DNA of 64,000 nt from a virus: the IMG/VR virus record IMGVR_UViG_3300031992_000005, positions 289,026-353,025 of that record; one strand, written 5' to 3'. The notes beneath the pieces are model-generated. The model was not told where the DNA came from. It did not search any database and saw only the letters and a program-made list of their open reading frames with translations. How positions within the stretch are numbered: the first letter of the stretch is position 1; every line of letters starts with the position of its first letter. Shown here piece by piece: positions 28,301 to 38,000 of the stretch. The translations under genes and the position numbers were made by a program.

Positions 28301-31300
28301 ATGCGGAGGAGAAGACAATGAATCTATAGAAATGCATAATGATTCATTATTACCTCTCAGAGAAATTGGTATTTATCGTCTTAGAATTAAGTGTGAGCAT
28401 CCATTCCGCGTTACCTTAGTAGATAACAATGAAGAGAGAAGTAGTATAGGCTTTTATGATTCAGCCAATGATATCATAAAAAGATCTACTATGCTTGACA
28501 TAAATACCTATGATAATTTCGTCGGTACAGAAGTTGACCTCCTATTCCTAGGTCATGAAAACGACGAAGATAGTTTCTCTAAAAGTAATCCTACCCTAGA
28601 ACTAAAAACTAGAATACAAGTAACAAACCTATATGATAATACGTCTGTTAGTTTTGGTTTAGAAAGAACTTACTATAAAGTAGTAAGTGAAGAGAATTTT
28701 GAAGGATGGAAGGAAGTATTATATTCAAAAATCACTGCAATTGATCCAAGAACCTATAATATTTTCCTACCAGTAAATTCAAATGATGCTCTTCTTAAGT
28801 ATACGTCAGCCATAGAAACTTTGAGAACTGTAGCCGGTCATAATGGAATTACTTGGACAAGAACTATAAAAGATAAGCCCAATTTTTCTAAGGACTTATA
28901 TTACAGAAATCTTAGTTATGTAAATAGTCAAAATGCTGAAACTAATATTCCTGGACATGGATATAAGTATAATAGCTTAGATGTATCTGTGGGTCTTATT
29001 TCAAATATCGGAAATAGTTATCCAATTAAATGTTTTGGTGAGATTGAGCTAAGATACCAAGGAGACTATCTCGGAGAATACAAAACATATTACTTTTATA
29101 AACTCTTAGATGTTCCTACTGCAACTATAAAAACTACTTCAGAAGATACTTCTATTCCAGGTTTAGTTATTCCTTACAATAGGTCAAGTGCAACCGTAGA
29201 AATAGAGCTACCTAATAATGGTAATTATAGGCTATTTTTCCAAAGAGCAGAAACGGCAGTAGAAACTGAGATAGCTAAGGATGATGATACCCTAGTTCCT
29301 ATTACTGGCTCAACTACGTTAGACTTCTTTCCTATATCCGGAAGAAATAATGCATTCTCTGTATCTATTCAGGATATTAATAATACTGCAATAACTTTTT
29401 TAGGAACATTATATGCTAAAACGTTTGTAGATAAAAATAGTTTTGCGATAGATCAAAATGGAGAACCTCTAGTATTTTCTGAACAAGAGGAAGTAAATAG
29501 AATAGCTGGAGTAAGTACATCTAATATTGTTAGTGTATATTGGGGAAATGGTGAAGGCGTAGCTGATTATATTAGTGGCAATTACTCATTACTATCCAGA
29601 CAAGGAGAAACCAGAACCTTTATAATTCATAGAGCGGATGGAAGAATTAGTCAAAGTGAAATTGAAACCATAATGACTAATTATAAAAGTATCTTAGGAT
29701 CATTCTACTTTAATGGACAAGTATATGAAGGCTATAATATAGAGTGGAAAAGATTACTAGATCAAGCTCTCCAATGTGGTAATGGAGTAAATCAGATATA
29801 TACCTATTCAAATAATAATTATATTAAGCTATCAGATAGTATCTATTATGACTTTGATATAAATATTCGAAGAAATCCATCTTCGTTTGCAAAGTTTAAA
29901 TACTTACAAGAATTAAGAGGAAATTATAATCCTGGTGGAGATTCTATTGGACTTAATAAAACAATCATAATCGATAACGATAATGATTTAAAGATTCCAA
30001 TCGCACAGGAATGTTGGGAAAAAGGTATTGTTGCTAGAAGATTGGATGCTAATCGTCAGACTTTTACTTACCTTAAAAACGATACCACAATCACCACAGG
30101 AAGATACTTATACTTGGGAGAACAAAATAAGACTGTTAATATACTAGCTGGTGCTACGGACAAACATGTATACCTAGAAATATATTCCGTCCAACTCCCT
30201 GCAAAAAATATAGATACTACTTACGATGTAGTAGATGTAACAGCAGGAGATGAAGAAGGAAGACTTCTCCGAAGTATCTTAAGTGAATACGGAGACGGAT
30301 TGACAATAGAGTATGATGAGTATATGGGTATTGAAGTTGAAAAGTCTGTTTCTGCATTTACTGAAGTAAGTGATAATGATTATAGAATATACTTAGATAT
30401 CACTCTTCCTGAAAATAACTCTTTCTATAATTATGGTGATGATGAAAGTGAGTATGAAACTATTACTGACAGCTCCTATGGACCCTACGAGATAAGAGTG
30501 ACTGATGGAGATTATAATAGTGTAACTTACTATATCTACGTCAGCCCTAGGAAAGAACTTAGCTTAGACTTATATCAAGGACTCGCAGAGTATGATGATG
30601 TAGATAATTACTATATTGGACCTAATGACATAAAGGTTAAAACAGTCTTACTCAGTTCAAACGGAGATTTGTTCAGTATTATAGGTGAAAATATCAAGAA
30701 TCATGAAATTAAGTTATTTTCCCAAGATTACTTCTATGCAGTTACTAATGCCACTGACGATATGATCAGGCGGGGATTTTCAGTAAAATGTGATGAGCTA
30801 AGGGATGATGAATCATCTCCTTTCTGGAAATCACCTTATCCTGGTGAATATAAGTTCAAATATAATGTAACCATACCTACTGAACAAAGTGTCACAGACC
30901 CATATGACCCAAATACTTTCTACGCTTACGACGAAAATGTTAGTGGTAATCTAAAGGAGAAAAAGATATCATATACTCTTTTCCCTAACAGAGGCGTAAA
31001 TGTAGACTTAAATAATAGGTTTGAATATGAATTCGTAAGTGAATATACAGTAGGTAGTGATAGAAAAAGAATTTATAAAATAAAGTCAGTCAATCTTGGA
31101 GTTAGTAAAATATGGTCTCCATATAAAGAAGACTTATACTCTTCTATAGAAGTTCCGAAAGTAGATAGTAATGGCATTATTGCTGCAAGACGTACTGGTA
31201 CAGCTCCTGACTATACCTACAACAATGAGGTAGAAATAGTTGATGGAAATCCAACAAATAAGAAAGAAGAATTTCTTACTGGAATAATTGGTACAACAAT

Positions 31301-32534
31301 AAGAATCCAAAAACAAGGAAGTGGAACATACATGCCAGTGACAAATGGAATTTATAGAATGAAATTAACCCTATCAATCGGAAATGCCAGAAAATCTAAG
31401 GGAGTGAGCCTTTGGGGTTATCATGGACACTGTAATATTCGACTTTCTACTCCAAGATCTCCATTCTTAAGTGTGAAACTCTATTCAGATACAATGTCTG
31501 CTCCTGGAATATATAACCTACTACCTAGTCCAATAACGGAGAAGTATGTATTATATGAACATGGATTAGATACTAATAGTTCTTATAATGGGGTTCCACT
31601 AGGAGATCCAAGCGAATTTAAAAACTTCTATCAACCTGATTTTGAAACAGTATTATCTGCGAATTCTGACATATACACAGACACTCGTAATGGAACGGAA
31701 GTATATTGTATAGATATGGATAATACTATTACTATTAACTATACTGCAAGTAGTACTTTCAAAAACCGAATCTTCTCTAAATATGGATTCCTGGGTGGAT
31801 TCTTAATAAACAAGGTGACAAGAATTGAGTTCATTCATTATAGTGGTAGTAACACAGGTAGTTTCAATCTCTACAATAACTCTACATTATTCTACGGAGA
31901 TACGCATATAGAAGAGCGTATTCACTATGTTCAGGGAAATTCTAAAACTGGATTAGTACTAACCCCACTTAGCCCTACTACTGGATTAAGCGAAAGATAT
32001 ACATTATATCACACGGGGGATGATCCTACAACAGTAGTAAGAAGCCTTCCTGCAGGTGAGTTGTTCTTTGCGATGACTAAGAAAATTTACCGAGATCACC
32101 TAGAAAATACAACCTTAAGGAGGAGAGTTAGAAGTGATAATCCTTGTACCATTAATTTCCTTAAGTGTTTCAAATCATATGATCCAGGGATAGTTGTTAT
32201 AAATGACGCAAATCCTACAAGTCCATCAGATAATTTTGAAGAAACCTATACCTCGGCCATAATTAATGGTAGAAATGGTGACTCTGAATATGGAACAATC
32301 TACATTAGAGACATTATCACTGAGAAGAATGTAGGTACTAAGGTCTATGATGAATTAGGTCGTCCAGGAATTTTCTTAGATATTCCTAAATCAAAGTTTA
32401 CTAACATAGGTAATAATATCTACGAATACGTAACAGATGAAATATATCTTAGTGATTTTATAACATTCAATAATGGTGATACATATAGTACACCTAAATC
32501 TCCAATAAGAATAAAAATACGAATTAAACTATAA
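25365..32534 (+). CDS. Giant (2389 aa) virion-module protein, unknown function
   Basis: Uninterrupted 7.2-kb ORF. ATGA overlap upstream, and the stop is followed 1 nt later by the next ATG. No catalytic or repeat motif recognised by eye. Confidence 0.6.
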   Translation: MIVEFENKFKVELKTPGNSFKLCTYRLGSGNDISNYFQFESLWDPDTRILNMALDLSFLRKDLVTDIDRTSDLTIAESCTYIDVYYSDLNDNIIGLAFKLKGDNENDPLNLCSFEAGREITDPTFWRNMNYINLRLPKDTKANIETLEINENTDFLEQLTSTEGINTFLVEGNKENDTILTKNSFAKHVRNTISKNNFSPMYLDYFGEKVLDIETFKYYKKIVITCVGPAKVETLENGTVTCSVNNRSSVAIKGYCLFDKYQVINDEYTLIEENLREDLSKTTLVRLIGGIETSDNVGIEIDQSGKQINIDDVDGVNSEINIAAKLTFTNKLGEEKEEITIVSNIVQINLFFSWYIEYFTSYTQKDDSGTSHPVILFDTTKENAGWTEGYRSDADEENTPGTILVYSSKRIPETGINVTADEGGSKQGIFESYFSVEIEDRGFSEEADKFIYAIKIKTKLENTEDIWCPIDPSTKESTLILMNINIGESIQEGEVSAQFYCVQRVISPLTIGRAEVKIKEQDNSRSYTWIENGVTELTFESGLGLTSLDGLFVCNPKIGYELWEVILDDEATKNLISYNVKNNIETFGATPKEDNEIFFYSRRNSELIERTLGTITFKRINNETKSYDNSYWQDRIYGDESNCATITLKRDALDSDSLWNVRSSTPYSYSDPLEGVSRRLYILSDQETQSFTIESSQSLLNHLSVTLCNYVETPPEGSGIYAETSEEREGLVTEFNKYFRVGEANSNNGNVGIKYSADTLSATITLKAINQDEYDWQPKCNNGKPIRVKISYGSEDESDPLLGRAETFYAIVRPSFAGTDITFRDTNWTDEEYPIMEEYTFPETGGNLPTYVVAPVESGSVGVFDHWIVLKKDPEITVKFQGKPDEGSVNYSCLLITKAQQSIWPALGLLTEISTKSKSEDSLSRDFDDLVIRRAAGDYDNIVEFYSDWLNQVCDHSSSRLKLSLGGAAESKTVKVSYECGGEDNESIEMHNDSLLPLREIGIYRLRIKCEHPFRVTLVDNNEERSSIGFYDSANDIIKRSTMLDINTYDNFVGTEVDLLFLGHENDEDSFSKSNPTLELKTRIQVTNLYDNTSVSFGLERTYYKVVSEENFEGWKEVLYSKITAIDPRTYNIFLPVNSNDALLKYTSAIETLRTVAGHNGITWTRTIKDKPNFSKDLYYRNLSYVNSQNAETNIPGHGYKYNSLDVSVGLISNIGNSYPIKCFGEIELRYQGDYLGEYKTYYFYKLLDVPTATIKTTSEDTSIPGLVIPYNRSSATVEIELPNNGNYRLFFQRAETAVETEIAKDDDTLVPITGSTTLDFFPISGRNNAFSVSIQDINNTAITFLGTLYAKTFVDKNSFAIDQNGEPLVFSEQEEVNRIAGVSTSNIVSVYWGNGEGVADYISGNYSLLSRQGETRTFIIHRADGRISQSEIETIMTNYKSILGSFYFNGQVYEGYNIEWKRLLDQALQCGNGVNQIYTYSNNNYIKLSDSIYYDFDINIRRNPSSFAKFKYLQELRGNYNPGGDSIGLNKTIIIDNDNDLKIPIAQECWEKGIVARRLDANRQTFTYLKNDTTITTGRYLYLGEQNKTVNILAGATDKHVYLEIYSVQLPAKNIDTTYDVVDVTAGDEEGRLLRSILSEYGDGLTIEYDEYMGIEVEKSVSAFTEVSDNDYRIYLDITLPENNSFYNYGDDESEYETITDSSYGPYEIRVTDGDYNSVTYYIYVSPRKELSLDLYQGLAEYDDVDNYYIGPNDIKVKTVLLSSNGDLFSIIGENIKNHEIKLFSQDYFYAVTNATDDMIRRGFSVKCDELRDDESSPFWKSPYPGEYKFKYNVTIPTEQSVTDPYDPNTFYAYDENVSGNLKEKKISYTLFPNRGVNVDLNNRFEYEFVSEYTVGSDRKRIYKIKSVNLGVSKIWSPYKEDLYSSIEVPKVDSNGIIAARRTGTAPDYTYNNEVEIVDGNPTNKKEEFLTGIIGTTIRIQKQGSGTYMPVTNGIYRMKLTLSIGNARKSKGVSLWGYHGHCNIRLSTPRSPFLSVKLYSDTMSAPGIYNLLPSPITEKYVLYEHGLDTNSSYNGVPLGDPSEFKNFYQPDFETVLSANSDIYTDTRNGTEVYCIDMDNTITINYTASSTFKNRIFSKYGFLGGFLINKVTRIEFIHYSGSNTGSFNLYNNSTLFYGDTHIEERIHYVQGNSKTGLVLTPLSPTTGLSERYTLYHTGDDPTTVVRSLPAGELFFAMTKKIYRDHLENTTLRRRVRSDNPCTINFLKCFKSYDPGIVVINDANPTSPSDNFEETYTSAIINGRNGDSEYGTIYIRDIITEKNVGTKVYDELGRPGIFLDIPKSKFTNIGNNIYEYVTDEIYLSDFITFNNGDTYSTPKSPIRIKIRIKL

Positions 32535-33248
32535 ATGTTCGATACAATATTTAATAGATTCAAGGACATCTGCAATACGATAGTTACAGTTGAGCAGAAG
32601 ATTGGATTTAGAAGCTTCAGACGTTACGTTATAATCCTTGTAGCAGCAGTTGTAGTATTGAAGTTCTCAACTTTTACTAAGTCAACGGTTGAGTTCTTCG
32701 TTAATATGGTTGAAGAGTTACATGGAGAAAAAATGAGAATTCGTGACGAACTCATGTCTGAACTTAGACCAATCTTAACTGAGTTCCGTGCTACAACAGA
32801 AGCTGACCGAATCCTATATTTTGAATATCATAATTCAGAAGATAATCTTGATGGAATTCCTTTCAAGTTCTTTGACCTTATGATGGGAAATAGTAGATTT
32901 GGTATTCCTGAAGTTCCCGGGCCAGTTTATAAAGATGTAGGGTCCTCTTTATACACAAATCTCTTTGATGATATAGGGGAAGGTAAAATCTTACACTGTT
33001 CAGGGGCAAAAGATATAGAATTTAGACAAACTTATGGTGGTGTCTTTGAATTTATAAATGAGACCGACTACTCTAGGCAACAGGTAATATTTAGTATTCC
33101 TGGGGTAAGAACACCAATAGGATTCATAATTCTAGAATGGATGTCTGACACAATTGATATTAACCTCAGGGAGGAAATATATCCTGCAGTTAATGTATAT
33201 ATACCTAGAATAAATGCTCTCTTAACATCAGCTAAAAATAAACTGTAA
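32535..33248 (+). CDS. Protein with N-terminal transmembrane/anchor helix, unknown function
   Basis: 237 aa. Has a hydrophobic segment YVIILVAAVVVLKF near the N-terminus. Last gene before a strong terminator. Confidence 0.5.
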   Translation: MFDTIFNRFKDICNTIVTVEQKIGFRSFRRYVIILVAAVVVLKFSTFTKSTVEFFVNMVEELHGEKMRIRDELMSELRPILTEFRATTEADRILYFEYHNSEDNLDGIPFKFFDLMMGNSRFGIPEVPGPVYKDVGSSLYTNLFDDIGEGKILHCSGAKDIEFRQTYGGVFEFINETDYSRQQVIFSIPGVRTPIGFIILEWMSDTIDINLREEIYPAVNVYIPRINALLTSAKNKL

Positions 33249-33282
33249 AAACTCTGTTGGGAGAACTTAAAACTCTTATTAG

Positions 33283-33326
33283 GGAAAGAATAGATTGAAT
33301 GATAACGTCTATTCTTTCCTTTTTAT
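33283..33326 (+). terminator. Rho-independent terminator
   Basis: 12-bp perfect stem: GGAAAGAATAGA (33283-33294) pairs with TCTATTCTTTCC (33308-33319). Followed by TTTTTATT. Confidence 0.7.
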
Positions 33327-33340
33327 TCTAAAAATATAAT

Positions 33341-35020
33341 ATGAAAACTGAAAGAAGAATACAGATTTCAAGAAGTAAGTATATAGAAGAATCCAGAGCA
33401 ACTGCTATCCTACGCCTGAATAGATATGAATTTAGGAAAGGAGAACTTGTTACTGTCATCTATAAGAAACCTGAAGATTTCATGTCCCGCTTCAATAATC
33501 AAATTGATGGGGTGACTATCGTTGGTAATCTGGAGTATGGTAGTAATCCAGGGCTTGGGGCTCTCATAGCCGTTGGTATAGCTAATGGAAAGGGAGAGAA
33601 ATACTATAGACTTATTAGCGGAGGAGGCGTAGTTAAAGTTAGAGGTGTACTTGAATATCTTGCTGATGTAGCCCTCCTAACAAATGCTATTAACCTAGAT
33701 GTAGGAGAGGTTTATGTTTGTAAGAGTGATGGAGACGGAAAATGGTATTACGTATACAAGCCAAAAGACTCTGACGAGCGTGTCCTAGAACCTATCACAG
33801 GCGGACCTTATATCTTCCTTGATACAGGAACGGGTTATAGATGGTTTTACAGTGGAGACTTCAATGAAGGTACACAAGACTGTAAACGAGAAGATGATTT
33901 CTTAGCAGGAGCAAAGACTCAAAAAATCCTAGAGACGCTCCTAACAAGTAATCTAAAACTAAACTTAGAATCTCTTAGTGGTGATACTATTAATCCTGGA
34001 GATGAAGGGAATCCACTAATATTCAAAGCCTCTGCTTCAGATGAAACAAGCGGAGAAAATCTAACGGAAAAATGCAAATTCTACATTATTGTAGATGGAC
34101 AAGAAAGAGAAATTACTCTTGATAGTGACGGAAGATTTACTATTCCAGGGAATTTCTTAGGAGAAGATGATACTGATAAAACAATAACTGTTATTGCTAA
34201 ATATGGTATCGTCGATGATTATTATACTGAAATAAAAAATACATACACTATCTTCAAGGGATTTGAAGTATATTTCTTCAAAGTAGAGAAAGATGAATTA
34301 CCACCAGGCAATGCGTCTTCTTACGAAATAGTTAACAAACTACAGGGAATTGAACCAGTTATTAGGAAAAAAGAAAATATAAGTTGGGATGATATCATTC
34401 TGAATTACCAAAGAACTGGTGTTGCATTCCCTTCTATTTTTGGAAATATAAGTCATATCTATGATGATAATGGACTAGATTATATTAGAACCTACACAGC
34501 CTATTCAATAACTCTGAATGGAGAAGATTATACTGTATTCATTAAAGATGACCCAGTTCAGATAGATTCATTCTATCAGGAATATAGTTTTGATAGAGCC
34601 TCTCAGGATGAAAATGAAGAAGAGCTTAATGTAAACACCTTAAAAGAACTTCTCAATTCATGGAACAGTAGAAATGGAGCACAGGGTCTTCTGATGCTGA
34701 ATAATTATGGCAGAATTCCCGAAAGAATCTTTGATAATATTAGCATTGAGCAAGCTTTTCCTGTCATAAGGGGATTTGTAGAAGAAGCTCCTACCAGTGG
34801 AATGGTAACCGGAGATGTTTATTACCTAACGGGACAGAAAAAGCTCTTTACTGCTACTAGCCCATCTAATGGGGTATTATCAGACCTATCAACAAAAACA
34901 ATATACTATTATAATGGAAAATTATATATTGTTAATAAATCAGGAGGATTAGGCCCAATTAGTAGTGAATCAGATAATATGACTTCTAGAGTAATTAATA
35001 GTATTGTAGATATATTTTAA
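33341..35020 (+). CDS. Fibre-like protein carrying a module shared with 50328..51257
   Basis: 559 aa. The segment LNYQRTGVAFPSIFGNISHIYDDNGLDYIRTYTAYSITLNGEDYTVFI aligns with LNYQKVCAAFPAYLGDVESIKDANGFEYIDSYTKTTLDIGGITYNVYV in 50328..51257. Confidence 0.5.
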   Translation: MKTERRIQISRSKYIEESRATAILRLNRYEFRKGELVTVIYKKPEDFMSRFNNQIDGVTIVGNLEYGSNPGLGALIAVGIANGKGEKYYRLISGGGVVKVRGVLEYLADVALLTNAINLDVGEVYVCKSDGDGKWYYVYKPKDSDERVLEPITGGPYIFLDTGTGYRWFYSGDFNEGTQDCKREDDFLAGAKTQKILETLLTSNLKLNLESLSGDTINPGDEGNPLIFKASASDETSGENLTEKCKFYIIVDGQEREITLDSDGRFTIPGNFLGEDDTDKTITVIAKYGIVDDYYTEIKNTYTIFKGFEVYFFKVEKDELPPGNASSYEIVNKLQGIEPVIRKKENISWDDIILNYQRTGVAFPSIFGNISHIYDDNGLDYIRTYTAYSITLNGEDYTVFIKDDPVQIDSFYQEYSFDRASQDENEEELNVNTLKELLNSWNSRNGAQGLLMLNNYGRIPERIFDNISIEQAFPVIRGFVEEAPTSGMVTGDVYYLTGQKKLFTATSPSNGVLSDLSTKTIYYYNGKLYIVNKSGGLGPISSESDNMTSRVINSIVDIF

Positions 35021-35023
35021 ATT

Positions 35024-38000
35024 ATGGCAGAGGATACAAAATTACAAGGAACGAACATTGCCTCAAGAATTGTACCATTCGATTCTCAGGATACCTTTCC
35101 TACCCACGAAGCCTTCTATGGTAGAGGTGGTTATAGAACAGTAGAGGACATTGCAAGCCGAGATGCCATTCCAGAACAACGACTGGAAGAGGGTATGCTT
35201 GTGTACTGTAAAAATGACCCTACTGGCGTTCATACTTATAGATATATGGGTATGAAAGAAGGAACTAATACACGTATTTGGAAAGAATTGAAGCTAGAGG
35301 GAACTGGAGTGCCTATCTATACTAATGCCAACGTCGAGGAGATGAGAGAAGCTGGTGTTAACGTAGATGAAATGGATTACATAACTATTCCAGACGACGA
35401 TGATATTGAGGGTGAGGTAACAAATAAAACTTATGAAACCACACAAAATGGTACTTATGTTGACATTCTATTCAAGGCACTTAGAGCATTACAATCCGAG
35501 GTTGCAAAACTTAAAAACTCGTTCCTTTATGGTATTGAGTCTTATAGCGGAACTGATACAGCAATGGCGGCTATAAGTGAAGAACTTGAAGAAGCCATAG
35601 CAGAAGAACCTCTTTGGGCAGTAGAAGAAGATGGACTTAGCAGCGTGTATGATTTGTTTGAAGCAGCCCCAGAAGCAATTCCAGCTGAATTTGAAGCAAG
35701 AGAGTCTAGTACTGTAGTTGCAACAGAAGATCATACCGGCGGACGATACTACGTTACAATCGACAGCCCTATAAATATTCCAGTCACATGGAATGCGATC
35801 GAAAGAAGTGAGATAGGTAAAATAACCGATAGTAAACTATTTCTCTATCTAACTACTACTGGAGAGAATAATGCGGGGCTAAAATACGTTGTACATATTC
35901 AAGAGGACAGATTAGATGGAACCTCTAGAGAAATAGACTTCGACCTAAGACCATTAATAACTAGTGGTAGTATTACATCTAGTAGTAAGGTATACAATAC
36001 TTTAATTGTTATCAGTAGAAAACAAAAAGTAGCTACTTCTGCCAAAACAGATGAGGAGGGAAATATTTTACCACCTACTACCGAATATTATGGAAGTAAT
36101 TTCATTTGGATAAGTGTATCAGACCCAGTTACAAATTCAACCATAAAGGAGGGATATTGGAAAGATAATACCATTTACGATGATCTTACCCAAGTCGATG
36201 AAGATACAGTATTTTACGATGGCATCCTTTCCTTAAGATCCGTTGATTTTTATAGTACTGTAATCTCTAAATTTCACCTCTACTCCAAGTATCAAGATTT
36301 CACTAAAGGCGTAATACCTAGTAAACCATCAGATGATACTTGGAAATTTAAAGCTGCCCATATTACTATTAGGTCAGTTGATACTTTTGAAACATTAAAA
36401 GAGCTCAAAGATAAATTATTAAATAATGAATTAATATTAGTAGAGAGCTCATATACATTATATATAAAAATAGATAATAAACTTGTTGCTATCGGCAGTC
36501 AATCTTCTCCAGGTGGAGGAGGGTCTAGCGAAGACGGAGGTAGTAGCGAAGATGAAGATACTGGTATGACAAAAACAGAAATTATTCAATGGCTAAGTGA
36601 AAACGGAATAGTCGTTACAGAAAATGGAGGAGATCTTGTTCTTAATGATGTTGCGGACATAACATTTAAGCATGAGGGTACTGGGAAAACCTTCAAATTT
36701 ACCGTTAATGAAAACGGTGAACTTGAAAGTCAGGAAATCCCCGATAAAACAATAAGCGAAGATTTAAAAGATTATACTCTCAAGGGAGACATGAATCTTC
36801 GAGGTTTTATTGCACAATATAGACTAAGAAGTAATGTCAATCAGACAGGTAATGCTAAACTAAAGAGTGATAGATTAAAAATTGGTTCATTCTATGCACC
36901 TCTTAGTGGAGATGTTGTTCATGGATGTACTCACTCATTTATTGAGTTAGAAAATACTTCGGATATAGATATTCCATTGAAAGGAATTTATCTACATGTA
37001 ACTAAACCCGCGATTAATTCCTCAGGTGACGTAGTCCAAAACATATATAGTCTAGAATTAACAGGTATTATTCCATCTGGAGGAACTTATTTAATAAGAG
37101 GCGCAAGACATGCAGAAGATGATGATGCTAATGCTTTTATAAAAGTAAAAACTTACGATCAAGAGTGGTATGTAGACAGCCCTACTGATAGTGATAAGAA
37201 AGAATTACTTTCTCTAGAGATATTAGAAGATATTAATTACGGAGCTTCAGGAAATCCATATGGTCACGGTATTTGTCTAACTTATGGAAACTCTGGTTTT
37301 ACTGGAGGAGATGGTGATAAAGTAGGACCTAGAACACAATTAGTTCGCGGAACTATAGCAAACGAAAAGTTTGACAGTGTTACAATCATTGAATCCGGTG
37401 CATTGAAAAACAAAGAGGACTACCCTTATTGCTATCATAAAAACTTCATAGATGGTATATGTTACTATTTTGCAGTAAAATCAGGTAACTCTCCATATTG
37501 GGCAACTAATGCTATCGGTAAAAATGACGACAAGAGGACAATGTCTAATGTTATGTATAGAAATATGTTCGAACTTGATCCAGCTAATCAAGCCTATCAA
37601 GCATTGAATTCAAAAGATAGTTCAAGAAGAAGATGGGATAAGAACGGAACCGATGTTCAATTACTGGACTTATCTAAAGAATATATTTCTTTCCCAAAAA
37701 CAGAAGACATCTACCCTTTATCTAAGTTTACTCCAAAAGCTTCTTGGGAACATCGCAATGTATGTACAGATAAATCTAAGCTTGATCCTAACAAACCAAA
37801 TATGGTAACTTGCTCCTTTGGTATTAATATCTATACCACTAGATGCTTTAACTGGATCTCCTTAGGATATTTTGATGAATACATTTGGATAAAGAAAACG
37901 AAGGTTGGAAATAATTCTGTTAATGAGTCATGGAAAAGATTTGAATCTTACAAGGAAATAAGTGAGGAAACAGCTAACGCCAGCACTTATCCACGTAGAA

